From assembly GCA_904063045.1 (NCBI GenBank), contig CAJFCJ010000017.1, forward strand, positions 868,001 to 932,000: a stretch of DNA of 64,000 nt, written 5' to 3'. The stretch is from Dimorphilus gyrociliatus. Lineage: Eukaryota; Animalia; Annelida. The position numbers were made by a program, and so were the translations under genes. The notes below the pieces were generated by a model. It made no database searches. It had not been told where the DNA came from and saw only the letters and a list, made by a program, of their open reading frames with translations. Every line of letters starts with the position of its first letter. Position 1 is the stretch's first letter. Shown one piece after another: positions 34,405-48,000 of the stretch.

Positions 34405-35760
34405 ATGGCAACTCTAAATGGAAACAAAAAATATGTGCAAGGAACAATTTATGGTTTCCGAGGAGAAAGGCCACCATTATCCCAGGGGCAAGGAATTTGT
34501 GAAGCCAAGTTACAAGAAGTTTACGACGAGTTAACAGAAATCAAAGATCATTTAAAAAGGGAATCAACAGCTCTCTCTGCTAAATCTAGGGAAATAGAAT
34601 TTAGAGAGGAACGGTTGCGACTGAGAGAAGAAAAGATTTTAGAGTTGGAAGAAAAATTGGACAGCGTTGTGACGGAAGAGACCGATGAAAAGATTAATTG
34701 CATTGAAAGAGAATACGAGGAACGGTTGAACCGTTTAAAAGGTGGGAATGAAGAAGCGAAAAAAGATAACAAGAGATTAAGAGAAAGTATGAATTTATTG
34801 GGTAAAGAGAATGAGGGCCTAAGACGGCAGGTTGGAATATTGGAAAAGGAATTGGAGAAGACTCAGAAAAAATGCTTGTCGCTGGAAGGAAGAGTTTCAA
34901 ATTTTGAACGCTTGAAAAATCCTTCAAATCCTCTGAAAGATATTAAGTTAAAATCGCAAAACGATAAGCCATCAAATAAAATCAAGCCAAAACTCGTACA
35001 ATTCAAAGGTAAACAATTAATACTACAGCTTCTCGATTGGACCTCTGAGCACTCTAAAGATATTGACGAGTGCGTGAGGGTTCTTCCAGAATTAATTGAC
35101 TTGTTACCCGAGTTTGAAGATAGCAAAGTTTCACCTTTTAAATTTATATATGCTATTTTGCAAAGTTTGCAAGCCAATCATCAACGTTCTCAGCATACGG
35201 CAACATTAAGAAGACTTGGAGAGCAAATATATGGACCCCGCCACCAGATGGCATCTTATTCTGACACTGAGTGTCTGATGTTGTCGGCTTTAATTATCCT
35301 CCATACTCCGCTGCCAGTTGATCAGCTCGCTCATGCTCTGGAAACAATTAGAAATCAGGTAAAGAATGAAGTTGGCCGAGGTCTTTTCCTGAAATATGCT
35401 GGGCCACTAGCCATTACACCTTTTTTGCGACCTACTAACAAAGCACTTCAGAACAAGTCTTTGGATATTCATATTCAAATGTGTGTTGAGTCAACTTTCC
35501 TCGACAACTTCCTCGACAGTCTGAGCAATGATTTATGGTTTAGAACGGTCTCGCTAACGTTTAAGGATGGCTTAGAAGCCGATAGAACGGCCGAAAAGTT
35601 GAGCGTTCTTCTTCAAAAACTTAGCAAAGATAGGAAGAATAAAAAGTATTTTGATGCCTTTGGTTTTATGAAAGTGGCTGAAAATATGCTAAAGTCTTGT
35701 GCTGATCAGGGATTTCTAGCTTTAAACTTAAGATCTACCATTAACAATTTGTCCTCTTGA
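34405..35760 (+). CDS. CCDC138: Coiled-coil domain-containing protein 138 homologue, intronless
   Basis: N-terminal coiled coil plus a C-terminus (WFRTVS...EKLSVLLQKLSKDRKNKKYF...FLALNLRSTINNL) recognised as CCDC138-like. Confidence 0.8.
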   Translation: MATLNGNKKYVQGTIYGFRGERPPLSQGQGICEAKLQEVYDELTEIKDHLKRESTALSAKSREIEFREERLRLREEKILELEEKLDSVVTEETDEKINCIEREYEERLNRLKGGNEEAKKDNKRLRESMNLLGKENEGLRRQVGILEKELEKTQKKCLSLEGRVSNFERLKNPSNPLKDIKLKSQNDKPSNKIKPKLVQFKGKQLILQLLDWTSEHSKDIDECVRVLPELIDLLPEFEDSKVSPFKFIYAILQSLQANHQRSQHTATLRRLGEQIYGPRHQMASYSDTECLMLSALIILHTPLPVDQLAHALETIRNQVKNEVGRGLFLKYAGPLAITPFLRPTNKALQNKSLDIHIQMCVESTFLDNFLDSLSNDLWFRTVSLTFKDGLEADRTAEKLSVLLQKLSKDRKNKKYFDAFGFMKVAENMLKSCADQGFLALNLRSTINNLSS

Positions 35761-36121
35761 AGAGATAAACTAAGACTATTTGATAATATTTTCCGTTTTA
35801 GAATATAAATGGGCTTAATGTCTTTTATGAAGAATTAATAATTAGATAGTACTGTATTACGTTTTAGTCTCGTAAAACATTAATCATATGAGCAATGGAT
35901 TTGCTAGTACGACAAAAAGAAAAGAAACACTTACCCTTCAGATGTTCGCCTTATATAATTATTCAATTCTCACGACATTCACTTAAGTAAAAATTTTCTG
36001 AACAACAAATGAAACCCACTCAGAACTACTTGTAAAGGCGATCAATGAAAGACACGTGGAAATGAATATAAAATATTCTATCCGCTTTTTTATCAAATTT
36101 CCTACATATATATACACGTAC

Positions 36122-36124
<3 letters not shown>

Positions 36125-36163
<39 letters not shown>
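36125..36163. repeat. (TA)n microsatellite
   Basis: Pure TA run of about 39 nt. Confidence 0.95.
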
Positions 36164-36164
<1 letters not shown>

Positions 36165-36313
36165 CCATTTACGCACATACTCTGTCCTTCGACTAGATTT
36201 GCAAACGAACAGAAGAAAAACGTACACAACAAACTTGTGCAGCATATTGCTAAAAGCAAACGAATTTTCGCTTAAATTCGCTCATTTGATAAATTTTATA
36301 AAGCTGTATAATC

Positions 36314-37141
36314 TTAAATTTGAACGTCTTCAGAAACGTTCTGATTCTTCCTATCATTTTCCCATTCAACAAAATCGTCAAATAGAGAAGGCCAAGCTTC
36401 AGATTCGTCATATGCTGATAAATCATCACCAACTTGTTCGACTAGATTCAGGAACATATCCCAAGTATCTCTTGCTATAGCCCTTACTGATGAGGATTTT
36501 TCCAAAAAAAGAAGCCATGGTTTTAGGATGGCAGGCTCGTTTTCAGTAAATATTAAAGGCCAGAGGACAAGTGCCATTTCGATTGACAAAGAACGCTGGC
36601 CACTCTCCAAACCATATGAAAATGTCCATTTGTAGAAGATTTTGAAAGAGATTTTATCGCAGATTAGATTATTGATTAATGACGGTATGACCGATTTAAA
36701 GCCACCTATAGAATGAACGCCTAACTTTCGGCCCCCATTGAGAAATTCGGCTTTTGTAAAGCAGCACATTGAACTTGCGTTCAGAGCATGTGCGAGAACG
36801 AGTACCCGAAAGTCATCTGGTTTCAGATCCAGATCGAAACACAACCTTTCGCAACCATCGGCTAAAATGCAATTTATATCTTCTGTGTCTTTGTACCGGT
36901 CATATAAATCCAGCAAGGCTCTTTCTGCTTCTGCTTCGTTTCCAACGCCGCCTTCGGTGGCAGATACATCACCAGTAACATTTAATCCATCATTGGCGCC
37001 GTTACAATTCTGGCCATTTAAAATTCTGTTCCGTTCGTAGGCATGTTGTCTGGAATTTGTAGGTGCAGCAAGCTTCGCCGGATTCGAACGATGACGTGTG
37101 GAGCTTCCGCTCGTACAGCACCGGGATATGCAGTTGCCCAT
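36314..37141 (-). CDS. DCUN1D3: DCN1-like protein 3 (neddylation co-factor)
   Basis: MGNCISRCC myristoylation/palmitoylation-type N-terminus. DCN1/PONY domain with FYKWTFSY, RAIARDTWDMFL and AWPSLFDDFVEW. Confidence 0.93.
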   Translation of the reverse strand: MGNCISRCCTSGSSTRHRSNPAKLAAPTNSRQHAYERNRILNGQNCNGANDGLNVTGDVSATEGGVGNEAEAERALLDLYDRYKDTEDINCILADGCERLCFDLDLKPDDFRVLVLAHALNASSMCCFTKAEFLNGGRKLGVHSIGGFKSVIPSLINNLICDKISFKIFYKWTFSYGLESGQRSLSIEMALVLWPLIFTENEPAILKPWLLFLEKSSSVRAIARDTWDMFLNLVEQVGDDLSAYDESEAWPSLFDDFVEWENDRKNQNVSEDVQI

Positions 37142-38993
37142 CGAGGCGCCAGGTGGCGCTGTGGTCATAAGCACCTGGAAAAGTCAACGTCGAATCTTAA
37201 ATATATTCCATTCCTGACAAAAACATGCGTCTGTACAACATTCCCAAAGGCTAAACATTCGCTAAATTAACCACAGCGCGCCTTACACTATTGACAATTC
37301 TCTGCCGTGTTATTTCGAATAGAGAATATTTCACAATTCCAACTTATATTTGATTATACATCTATTCTTATCTGCTTTTTAAGTTTGGCCAGTATTTAAC
37401 TATGAGTTTGTGTAATTATTTAAATTAATGCAACACACGTACTTTTTCTTAACTTATCTGTTACGTATTAATCAAGCTGCCAAAAGGTTTGGAAGCTTTC
37501 TTTGTTTGTTGAGGGTGAGTGATGAGAATTATGCGACGAAGACAAAAGCTTTCTACATAGAAAAGAAATCATGCTTTTTTAAGCGCTGATTTTCCTGAAA
37601 AATTCTGATTGTGAACTAGTCAATTATATATAATAGTGATGCAAATTAAATTTTAGAAATCTACAGCTGTAGGGTGTTTAGTATCTCATTTTCTGAAAAC
37701 ATCTACCAATTAGCACCAGTAGAGATGCTCTTTTCTGTAGGCCTACAATTTAATTTACAATGGCCTAAATATATAACCGTCAGATATTATACATTTACAA
37801 CGGTCATATAATGACTATGCAAGTTACAGCTGTCCATAACATCTCAAATCTTCAGGACATTTTCTATTTTTATAAATCAGATATTCGTAAATTTGAAGTT
37901 CTAACTTTGCAAGTTAATTTTCCAAGAATACAATTAATATGTTACACAAAGCTGTAAATTAACTGCTAAAGGCAACTTTTGTATTCGAAATCAAAAGCTG
38001 TTTACTATACAATTTCTATTTAGGTCTATCCAGCAACATGTTGCTTGTAAAAAGAAAATGTCGTTTAAAGAATTCTTTATTTAGAATCGATGAACGAAAA
38101 CCGAATAAAATTAGGTTACACTATGCTTGTTCCAATTAATTCCACGCTCAAGCGAGCGTCCATAAATCAACGACGTTCCTGACAAACCAGGAGCGTCTAA
38201 TATAAAATATCGCTTAATACTCTCTCGTTTTTTTTTCGGCATCTCGATCGATAAAGCGAGAGAATTCTTTTAACTTTTTCCACATCCCGAGCGTTTCCTG
38301 TCATATAATATAGAAAAGCGACTCGACTGGTAAGTCAGCAGCAATCAGCATCATAAGCTGATTAATAAGCTACATTCAAATGTTCTCGGTAAATAACTAG
38401 TTATATTAATAGTAATCCCATTAGCAGTCCATAAAACTATCGTTCAGGTTTCTTCTTAAATATTCTTTTTAAACAAAAGCGTCAAGTACATGTAAATAAC
38501 AATGACGAAAGGAAAAATCATATAACTCCTTTCGCAGTAACCTATGTATGGGAACGATGAAACTTAATGAGATTTAAGCTTTTAGAAAGTTTCTTTTTTT
38601 TATAACAAGTGTGAAAAGTAAACAATGTCAAACCTCAAAAAAAAAAACATTTTTAACAGATTAAATTTTCGAACCTCACCTTATCAAGAACAATTTCCTG
38701 CTATCATTGAATATTTTTTCACATAATGTTATTCCGAATCGGGATGATAAATTATTTAACGATTTAAAGAAAATAAAATCTGTAAAATTATCTTAAAACG
38801 CTTTTTGTTTGTAAATCGTGAGAATTCGTTGTGCTAGCCGTGCGAATGGCAGAATATTCCAACGTTGTTTGCCATGTTCGAAAGCGAGGCTGGGATTCCC
38901 TTTCGAATTTTTTTGCCTGGAAACGTATTCTTTCTAATTGTATTAAATAATAAAGAAAAAATATTAGTAATTAAATTTTTTTCATAGAAAATA

Positions 38994-41900
38994 ATGATTT
39001 ATCTGCCATCTGAAATGGCGGTAAATCAACGTACCCATTCAAATTCGGAGCCTAATTCGGGTTATATAACTAGAATCAAACTGCATAATTTTGTTATTTA
39101 TGATGATATTGAATTCTTTCCTGGGAGGAATCTTAATTTAATAACTGGAGCGAATGGAAGTGGAAAATCTACAATAGTGTGCGGACTTTCGTTGGGTTTG
39201 GGTAATTCGTGCAATAATTTCTCAAGGCCTAAATATTTAAATCTTAATTTTTTCTCTATCAGGAGGTAAGGTATCTAATCTTGGAAGGGGGACATGTCTT
39301 GCTGACTTTATAAAAATGAATAAAGACGAAGCATATATAGAAATCGATCTCTATCAGTCGGAAACCAAAAATGTGCGAATTAAACATTCTTTCAGACGCG
39401 GCGAAAAGAAGTCTTACTGGTCGATAGATGGTAAAACAGCAACAAAACATGAAGTCGAGAAAGCTACATCTGCATTTAACATTCAGGTAGATAATTTGTG
39501 CCAGTTTTTGCCTCAAGACAGAGTTGCAGACTTTGCAAAGATGAATGCAAAAGATTTGCTACTCAATACCGAAAAAGCTATTAATGAAAAACTATATGAT
39601 ACTCATATAGACTTATGCCAGATGCATAATTTCGAATCTAATTTGAAAAAAGAAGTTAATTCGTTAAGTGAAAAATTAGAAGAAGCTAACAAGAAAGTTA
39701 CTCACTGGAAATCTGAATATGAAAATCTGCAGGAGAGGAAACAACTGTTAAAACAACTGGATATTTTAAGGTGTAAAAAACTTGAAATAAAGACTCATAC
39801 TGCTAAAGAAGACTTAAATTTAATGAAAGAAGAATGTAAAGAACACATCAGTCATTTAAAAGCAGTTGAAAAAAGCGTGGAACCCCTCGAAAATAGTATT
39901 AAAACTTTTGATACGCAGATCAAATCTTTTGAAAAAGATATTCATATATTGGAGCAGAAATTAAATAATAAAGTTGATAAAGACCGAAATTATAAAAATC
40001 TCATAGAAAATATCAATGAAAGTGTCAGGCAAGCTGAAGATGATTTGGAAAGAGCCATTAAGGAACAAAGTGATTTAAAAACTAAACGTCAAAACTTAAA
40101 AAATAAGATACAAGACCTGGAGGTAATATATGAGAATTCGGTCGAGGAAAGCAATCAAGCCAAAGTTGCTTTGGCCGAAGTTGCTAAGGAGACAAATGAA
40201 ATTAAATCTAAAATTTTAGCCATTGAAGATCAACAATCAGGATTGGAACCAGATAGAAGACAAATTTTATGTCAAATGAAAGCATTGGAGAATGAACTTT
40301 CTAGAAATCAAAATTTAAATAAACAAAGAATGGACTTGCTCAGGCGAGAAAGTAGAGATGCTTATGAAGCAGCTGCATGGTTGGAAAACAATAGACATAA
40401 ATTCAAATCAAATGTATTTTTACCACCGGCTATTACAGTGCAGTGTAAAAATGATAGGATGGCAAGATACGTTGAGTCATCAATTCCTAGAAGGGATTTG
40501 GTTTCATTTATGTTTCAAAACTGTGAAGATATGGATGAGTTTTTGAGTATTATTCGTGATGAGAAGAAACTGGTTGTGAACGCTGTTCAAACGCCAAAAA
40601 GACAACTTCATGAATTCAAACCAGATATTCCTATAAATGAATTAAAAAATTTTGGTTTCATTTCCTACGTCAATGACTTATTCTCTTGTCCAGATGAGGT
40701 AAAGGCATACCTTTGTCAATCTTATGGTATTCATAACTTACCCGTTGGAACAGAGCAGACACATGCAAAGGTTGTTAATTTTAAATTTTAAATTGTATCA
40801 GTCTCAAAAGTATTAAACTTTGTTTGGTCTCATTTTCAGGTCAGTCAAGTTATATCTACATTTGAAAACTTGCGTCAATTTTTTACTCACGATTACTCTT
40901 ATCGAATTACGAGATCTCAATACTCTAACAATACATCAACTAGCTCAAATGAAATTCGTCCTGCTCGTTTGTTGGCAAATGCTTGCAATCATAAACAAGA
41001 AGAAGAATTAAAGAGAAAAATAGAAGTTTTGAAAAGTCAATTGAATGAAATTTCTCAAGAATATCAAAAGTTAAGGACTCAAAGGGAAGAATTAAACCAT
41101 AAAATGGAAGGTCTTAGAAGTAAAAGAAACGATCTGACAAAAGCTAAAGATAGATTAAACCATTTGGAAGGTCGACTTAAGGCTTTCCGTGATCAATTGA
41201 ATGGTTTAAGTGATATTAACATGGATGAAATCAGAGAAAATCATGATCTTACTTTGGTAGATTGTGTGAAAAGAAAATTATCTGTCATGTCTAAAATCAA
41301 GGAATCTGTAGGCGAGTACTCTGTTATTATCTTGAAAATAAATCGATTAGGAGCACAGAAATGTACAAGCAGGAGAGAACTGGAGCTCACGAAAAGTCAA
41401 TGCGAAGATAAGTTGAATGAAAAAAGAAAACTTATTGAAATTGTTGACAACTTAAGGAAGGAAGAAAAAATTCTTTTTGACGAATACCGGAAATTATCAT
41501 CTGATCTCTTTCATAAGCTTAATGATTTAAATATAAGCGAAGATGAGTTAAATAATTTAACAAATGATATAGAGGAAATAGACACAAAAATAGCTGAATT
41601 TGAAGCAAGAGCAGAATTGCAAGCTCGGGAAGTTGAAGACATTGAAAAGCAATACGAAGATTCTATTCGCAATTTAGAAGTTACAAAAGAATATTTTGAA
41701 AAATCTTCTAGCAAATTAGAAAACTTTGTCTCTAATAGCAAACAAAAAAGAGATGACTGGGAAAGGGAACTCAAGGAAGTAATTCAAACTATCAGCTGTG
41801 ATTTTGGAAATTTAATGAGCTATTTAGATTGTGCTGGAGAAGTTAGCCTAAGTAAACCTTTAGAAGAATGTGATTACGAAAATTACGGAATTTGCATAAA

Positions 41901-42261
41901 AGTAAAATTTAGGGATAACGAAGAATTAATGGAATTGAGCTCTAAGAGACAGAGTGGCGGAGAGAGAGCAGTATCAACTGTACTCTATATGCTCGCTCTT
42001 CAAAAGTTAACATCAGCTCCTTTCAGAGTTGTTGATGAAATTAACCAGGGTATGGACTCTACAAACGAAAGAAAAGTTTATGAATTACTCATAAAACATG
42101 TGTGTTCTCCGAGTCAATATTTTATGTTAACGCCAAAATTACTACCTGATTTGAATTACCCAACTAACATTACGTTTTTTTGCGTTCAAAAAACTATAAA
42201 AAATTTCGGCTTGCCTTACGATTCACTGACGAATGCATACAACAGATTTTTAGATAGTTAA
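38994..42261 (+). CDS. SMC5: Structural maintenance of chromosomes protein 5; exons about 38994-39201, 39263-40770 and 40840-42261
   Basis: Walker A GANGSGKS, QVDNLCQFLPQDRVADFA, signature QSGGERAVST and Walker B PFRVVDEINQGMD. The introns are phase-consistent. Confidence 0.95.
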
Positions 42262-42774
42262 AAAAATGTCAATTTCAATGAATTTTTTTATATCATTTTT
42301 ATTCTGAATCCGAGTGAATTAGCCGATTAATAAAACTTCATTCCAAAATTCTTCTTTTGTTATAGAGAATTGAAACGTTTTTTTTTTGATTTTTGTAAAA
42401 GTTGATTAGTGATTTTAGAAAGAAAAATGTGAGTGTTGTAGAAAGAAAGCGAACAAATGTGCTATCGTATTTTAAACTATCAACTAGGAAACAATGAAAA
42501 TATTGAAAAAAACTTAAAATTAAAAGGTTGATGTAGCTTTTACGACAGCATTAAAAATTTTTGACAAGATATTTTTTAGAAGAGTGAAACTAAGTTATTA
42601 CAAAAAATATTTGTGCATAGGTGTAGTGAAAGAGAATGAAAAGAAAATACTAAATAACACTTCATATCTTTACCTTACCTATTTACAATCTCTTAATCTA
42701 AAGAAGATCAAATTATATTATAATCGATATTTCAATGACGAATATTTTTTTTAATAAATCGTAAGAGAAAACAA

Positions 42775-44818
42775 TTAAGGTATGTTAAGCTTATAATGTT
42801 GAACCCAATACTCATCTCCCATGCGATCCTCGCCCTGTTCTAAGAAATCCCCAACCATAATATTATCCCCATAATATTCCTTACTTCTTCCTAAAGCGTA
42901 AGCAATATCCTGTTTAGCCGCTAGAACAGTGTTTTTCATAAGCATAGCGACTGTCATTGGACCAACACCGCCTGGTACGGGGGTAATCCAAGAAGCTTTC
43001 TCGCTTACACCTATAAAATAATACTCAAGTATATTTACAGTGAGAATGAACTACTAATAATTACCTTCAAAATCAACATCTCCAACTAGTTTATATTTAC
43101 CAGTTTGTGGATCTTTGACTCTGTTAATGCCAACATCGATGACGGCGACACCTAACAAGTTTAGATTTACATTTGTATTAGGAAGAATATTCCGATAATT
43201 ACCTTCTTTAACCATGTCACCAGTTATGAGATTCGGGATCCCTGTAGCTACAACGAGAATATCCGCTGTCTTCACAAATACTTTTAATTGTTCGGGAGGT
43301 GTGTATCGGTGGCAAATTGTTGTAGTTGCGTCACCTAAAAAATGTTGAATAGGCCGAAATTATTATTTAATTACGAAAATTCAAATAATAACTAAAAACA
43401 TTAAAATAATAAAAAATGTCAAGGCAGATTTTAAGGAAAATAAGAAAAAAAATTGGCTCTCAATCTCTAAATGACGTAACCTTGAATAAAATGATAAATA
43501 TCGACTCTGGTAATTGTCTTGTTGTGATTATTGAAGCTGTGAACAATATTATAAAAGAGAGCTCAATAATTAATGAATTAATCAAGTCTAAAAGTGAAAA
43601 TGAAACAAAGTCGGAATGTCAAGAGATTATTGATAAGTGTTTATCAAAATCGCATTTTATTTTATACAAGATTTACAAATTAAAAGCCTATATTTCGGAA
43701 ACGGGAAATACATTACGAGAGCCAAATAGGCCTATCAAACTGCCGGCTGTCGAAAATAGGACAAGTTATCTGTCAGGACTGACGTGCAACGATTTAGCAA
43801 ATGAAATGTTCAAGCTACACTCTAGGCTGACAAACTGTTTACCGAGTCTAAAAGAAATTTACTGTTTGACAATGAAAAGTAATGGAAGCGGCGAGCAAGA
43901 ACTCGTGGAAACGGATTTATAAAAGATTATTGTAAGGAATTGATTGAACCTGCTTGGGTCTCTCCTTCTCCATCCGAATGGAGAAGCATTGCTATCGGCA
44001 TGCCCACGTTCTTTGATCTACCGCACACAACAGCATTTTTTCCATATGTTTCAATGCCACTTCTTTTCAATAACTCCATCACTCCTGCTGGCGTAGCAGG
44101 GATCATTGATGTCAAATCAACGCAAAATCTAAATCATGGCATACAGCGAATTTTAAATTTAGCGAGAAAAGGAAGTAGTAAGTTATATTAACCTCCCGAC
44201 ATTTGTTGTATGAAATCCATCAACGTCTTTAGATGGAGTTATTGCATTACAAACTGTTCTTTCCTCGATATGCTTCGGAATCGGCAGCTGTCAAGTTCAT
44301 GATTATTTGATAATTTTTTCAATAAAAATACAATCGTACTTGAACAATTATTCCATCAACATTTGGATCTTTATTGAGTTCATCAATTTTTTGTAGTATC
44401 TCCTCCTGAGTTGTTGTTTCTGGGAGAGATAAAGTATCGCTTTCAATGCCGGTGTACTTTGCAGCGATCATCTTATTCTTGACATAAGTTTGACTAGCTG
44501 GATCATGTCCAACAATCACTGCAGTTAATTTCGGCCTTCTTTTCCCTTCACTAAGCATCTTTTCAACCTCCGCCTTTAGTTCAGTTTTAATTTCTTTTGC
44601 TATGGCTCTTCCATCGATGATTCGAGCTTTTTCCCTGTGGTTATAGAAACGTAAAAGAGGTGAATGACCCCAAAATTGGTTTCCCCGCAATTTAAATAAT
44701 GATTGTTGTACCCAAACCCGTAATAAATATACCTTATACTTGTTGTTGACAGTGGTAATTGTTGGCGATTGAGCAGAAATTTAGAAACGCGTAAAAAAGA
44801 AGAAAGTTTTCGAGACAT
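42775..44818 (-). CDS. MTHFD2: Mitochondrial bifunctional methylene-THF dehydrogenase/cyclohydrolase, 7 exons
   Basis: Transit-like N-terminus, [56 protein letters not shown] and [20 protein letters not shown]. Confidence 0.95.
43416..43922 (+). CDS. Orphan 168-aa intronless ORF nested antisense in MTHFD2 intron 4 (43335-43949)
   Basis: An ATG-to-TAA 507-nt ORF fills 82% of a 615-nt intron, while the other MTHFD2 introns are about 50-130 nt. No family recognised. Confidence 0.6.
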   Translation: MSRQILRKIRKKIGSQSLNDVTLNKMINIDSGNCLVVIIEAVNNIIKESSIINELIKSKSENETKSECQEIIDKCLSKSHFILYKIYKLKAYISETGNTLREPNRPIKLPAVENRTSYLSGLTCNDLANEMFKLHSRLTNCLPSLKEIYCLTMKSNGSGEQELVETDL

Positions 44819-45013
44819 GCTTTCACGTTGCTACTGGTCTACTAATTACGACAATGTAAATCCGTGAAAAAGGTTCAATCATCAAAATATGTTTAAAACC
44901 TCTATAATTTTTTTATAACGTATTTAACTATTAGAGTTAGGTGAAATTTCAAAGAGATAACGAAAATACGAAGATAAGTAAAAAAATGATCACGCTATAG
45001 TACCACTTTTTAA

Positions 45014-48000
45014 ATGGCGGACAAACAAGAAGAGCCCGCGCAGAAGTTGGAAACTTCTACAACAGAATTAGGAGATGACAGTGCAGTTTCCTTGCCAAAT
45101 CTGAATGTCGTTGAAGGAGAGGAAAGTGAGACGTCATCCGAAGAAGGAGTAGATGTAAATGTGTTCGAAACTAAGTCAACAAATCAGGAAAACAATTCCA
45201 CACTACCAGTTACGACAACAGATGATCCAAAGTTAAAAGAAGGCCAAAAGAAAGGACCACCACTTAACTTTCGGAGTTCTTTACCTAAATCAAGACTGTT
45301 CAAATGTAAATATCAAATCGATAATTTTCTCAAAAAAATTTTAAATTGATAAAAACGATGTGGATGTGTAAAGTTTAGCTTCCAACGAATGTGACGTCAA
45401 TTTAGAGCGCCGTCACAAGTAGGCCTAGTGTGATCGATAGACCTGAGGCGCCAAATGCTCTGTGCAGACGTTATTTAACCATATTGCTACTTATTATTTA
45501 TCTGCTGATAATATTAATATTCGTTTTGATTCGAGATTCGATTAGTCGAATAAGAAAGTTGTTGATTCCACAACAATTGCGCCTATATTCATTGTAAACT
45601 TGATAAATAAGACAATTATGGCGAGTGAAAGATTATATTTATGTAATTTCCGTGTTTCGGTAGAAGGAGATTGGTTGTGCCTTAAAGAACTTTCGAACTC
45701 AGATAAGGGTTTTATCCCTCAGAACTTGAAGAATGTCGATGGTGCTTTTTGTTCTTTTTTCTTATAAAAAAAAAATCTACTTTTATAATATGCATTTTTA
45801 ATTATTTAAATTTTCAGATCGAGATTCTATTACTATCGAACGATATAATCTTTTATCAGTATGCAAATTGGTAATAAAGGAACTAATAGACTCTTCACTA
45901 AAGCACGGTAGAATGCTTGACGACGAACACGTTCCACTTCAACAGTTTTTCACTGTATTTGAACACGTTTTAAGGCATAGATTAAAGCGTAAGAATATAT
46001 AAATTAATTGCATAAATAATTCATAATAATATTTTACTCTATTTTTCTTTTAATCTATAGCTAGAAAAGGTTTATTAAAAGATACTTATGATATTTGGCC
46101 AGTTTTAGAAAGCGTTCAAAAGTGTATGCACGATGCTATTGATATAACAATAAGCGTTAAAGACATGCCCAATGTCAAGTAAGTTTATTGATTCTATCTT
46201 TTGTAGACATGTATGCGCAATGTTTTCTATATAATATGTAACAATAGATGATGTAGTATACTATTTACACTTTTTGCGTTATAATTATTTTTCTTTTTAT
46301 AACTGTAGGTCTCCAGCTGGTAAAGCCAGAGCTTGGTTACGTTTAGCACTCATGCAGAAGAAGCTGGCTGACTATTTCAAAGTGTTAATTGAAAATAGAG
46401 ATGGATTTTTAAGGTTAGGGTTTATTTTTATTAAAAAATGCCATTAAACACTAAGGTGATTATCTCTTCGTAACAGAAATTTTTACGATAATGGAGCGTT
46501 AATTTTGGAAGAAGATGCTACAGCAATTGCTGGTTTACTGCTTGGTCTTAACGTTATTGATTGTACTTTTTCAATGAAAGACTGTAATTTGGATGAACCG
46601 GTATAAAAAATATTAATAAATTATTCACTATTATTAAGAAAGAATACCGTACACAGTTAGGAGTAATAGATTTCAGTCTATATTTACCTGATCATAAAGC
46701 TGTTAATGAAGATTCGGACGATGATGAAGATAATAAGCGTAAAATGGCTGCAATTTTAGACCAGAAAAATTACTTGGAAGAATTAAATAGGCATTTAAAG
46801 TAAGTTAATTATCAACAAATCCAGATTAATTAGAGAGATAACCTATTGAACTTATACATATGCAAAATATAAACATATCTATTTTTGTACATATACAGTA
46901 GTATAGTATATATTATATATTTAAAACACAGTATATCTATTTGTAATCTATTAAGACAAATCGTTTTAGCTGATAAAAGATATAAGTAACAATAGTTTAT
47001 TTAAGATATGAAATCTTATTTATGTTTTCCTTCTATTGGTTTTATTCTAGTAAACGTTGCTTTTTAGTTCTACAGTTACAAATTTAAATACCAAAGTTGA
47101 ACTATTACAAACATCCAACACTCTAATGAAAGAAGATTTGGCTATAGCGAAGAATACTGTATTACAATTACAACACGACAATTCCAATCTTGGCAGGGAA
47201 AAAGAAGAATTAATTGGCGAATATAACCGACAGATGGAGGTACTTTTCTTGTTATTCGGATGCTTATTCTTTGGTAAAAATACTTGTTTATTGTAACCAA
47301 TCTCTTCTTTTATTAGGTTATGCAATATGAACTAAAGAAGGAACGTGAGAACTGTCAAGTTGATAAGATGAATATTGAAGCGCACAAGAATTTACAAGAA
47401 GAGACAAAAATGAGAATTGTATAGCATTATTTTTTCTCCATTAAAATTGTATTAAGCAAAATCTAACGAAGATTAAAAAATAAGACAGGAAAAGAAAGTA
47501 AAAAATATACCTTTTTTCGTTTTAGGACACTGAAAAAGAATTAAAAGTACAAATAGGTTTAAAAAAAGAAAATGAGATGGCTTTGAGACTTCTCGAAAGG
47601 GATATACACGAAAAGCAGGTGATATTAAAATTCAGCCTATATAGCACGCGTTAATAGGGGTAAATTTTTTAAAACAGGATTCTCTAATTTCATTGAGAAA
47701 GCAATTAGACGAAGTAAAAGAAATCAATCTTAATTTGTATGATAAATTACAGGTTTTTATAAACAAAAATTTTTATTTTATTGTAATCTTCAATAGGATA
47801 ATTAGCTGTTTTTTTTTATTTAAAGGAAGCTGAGACGTCGCTGAAACATAAAACTGATATGGTGAATAAACTGGAAGAAAGAGGCAAGCAAATGACTTCT
47901 AGTATACGCGATATGGAAATTCTGTAAGTTAATTATGTCCTCTTTCGTCGAATGAGATGCGTTATTCATTATTGATTCATTGTGGCAAACAAGGGTAAAG

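Noticed and set aside
35929-36259. Strong minus-strand donor (AAGG|GTAAGT at 35934) and a signal-peptide-like ORF downstream of DCUN1D3
   Set aside because: The ORF lacks an ATG and runs into a TA repeat. Several similar orphan donors occur nearby, so no exon model, including a distal SNAP25 first exon, can be supported.
37519-37608. C-box GTGATGA with downstream CTGA, resembling a C/D snoRNA
   Set aside because: No convincing terminal stem, no rRNA-complementary guide that I can identify, and it lies on the strand opposite the presumed host intron.
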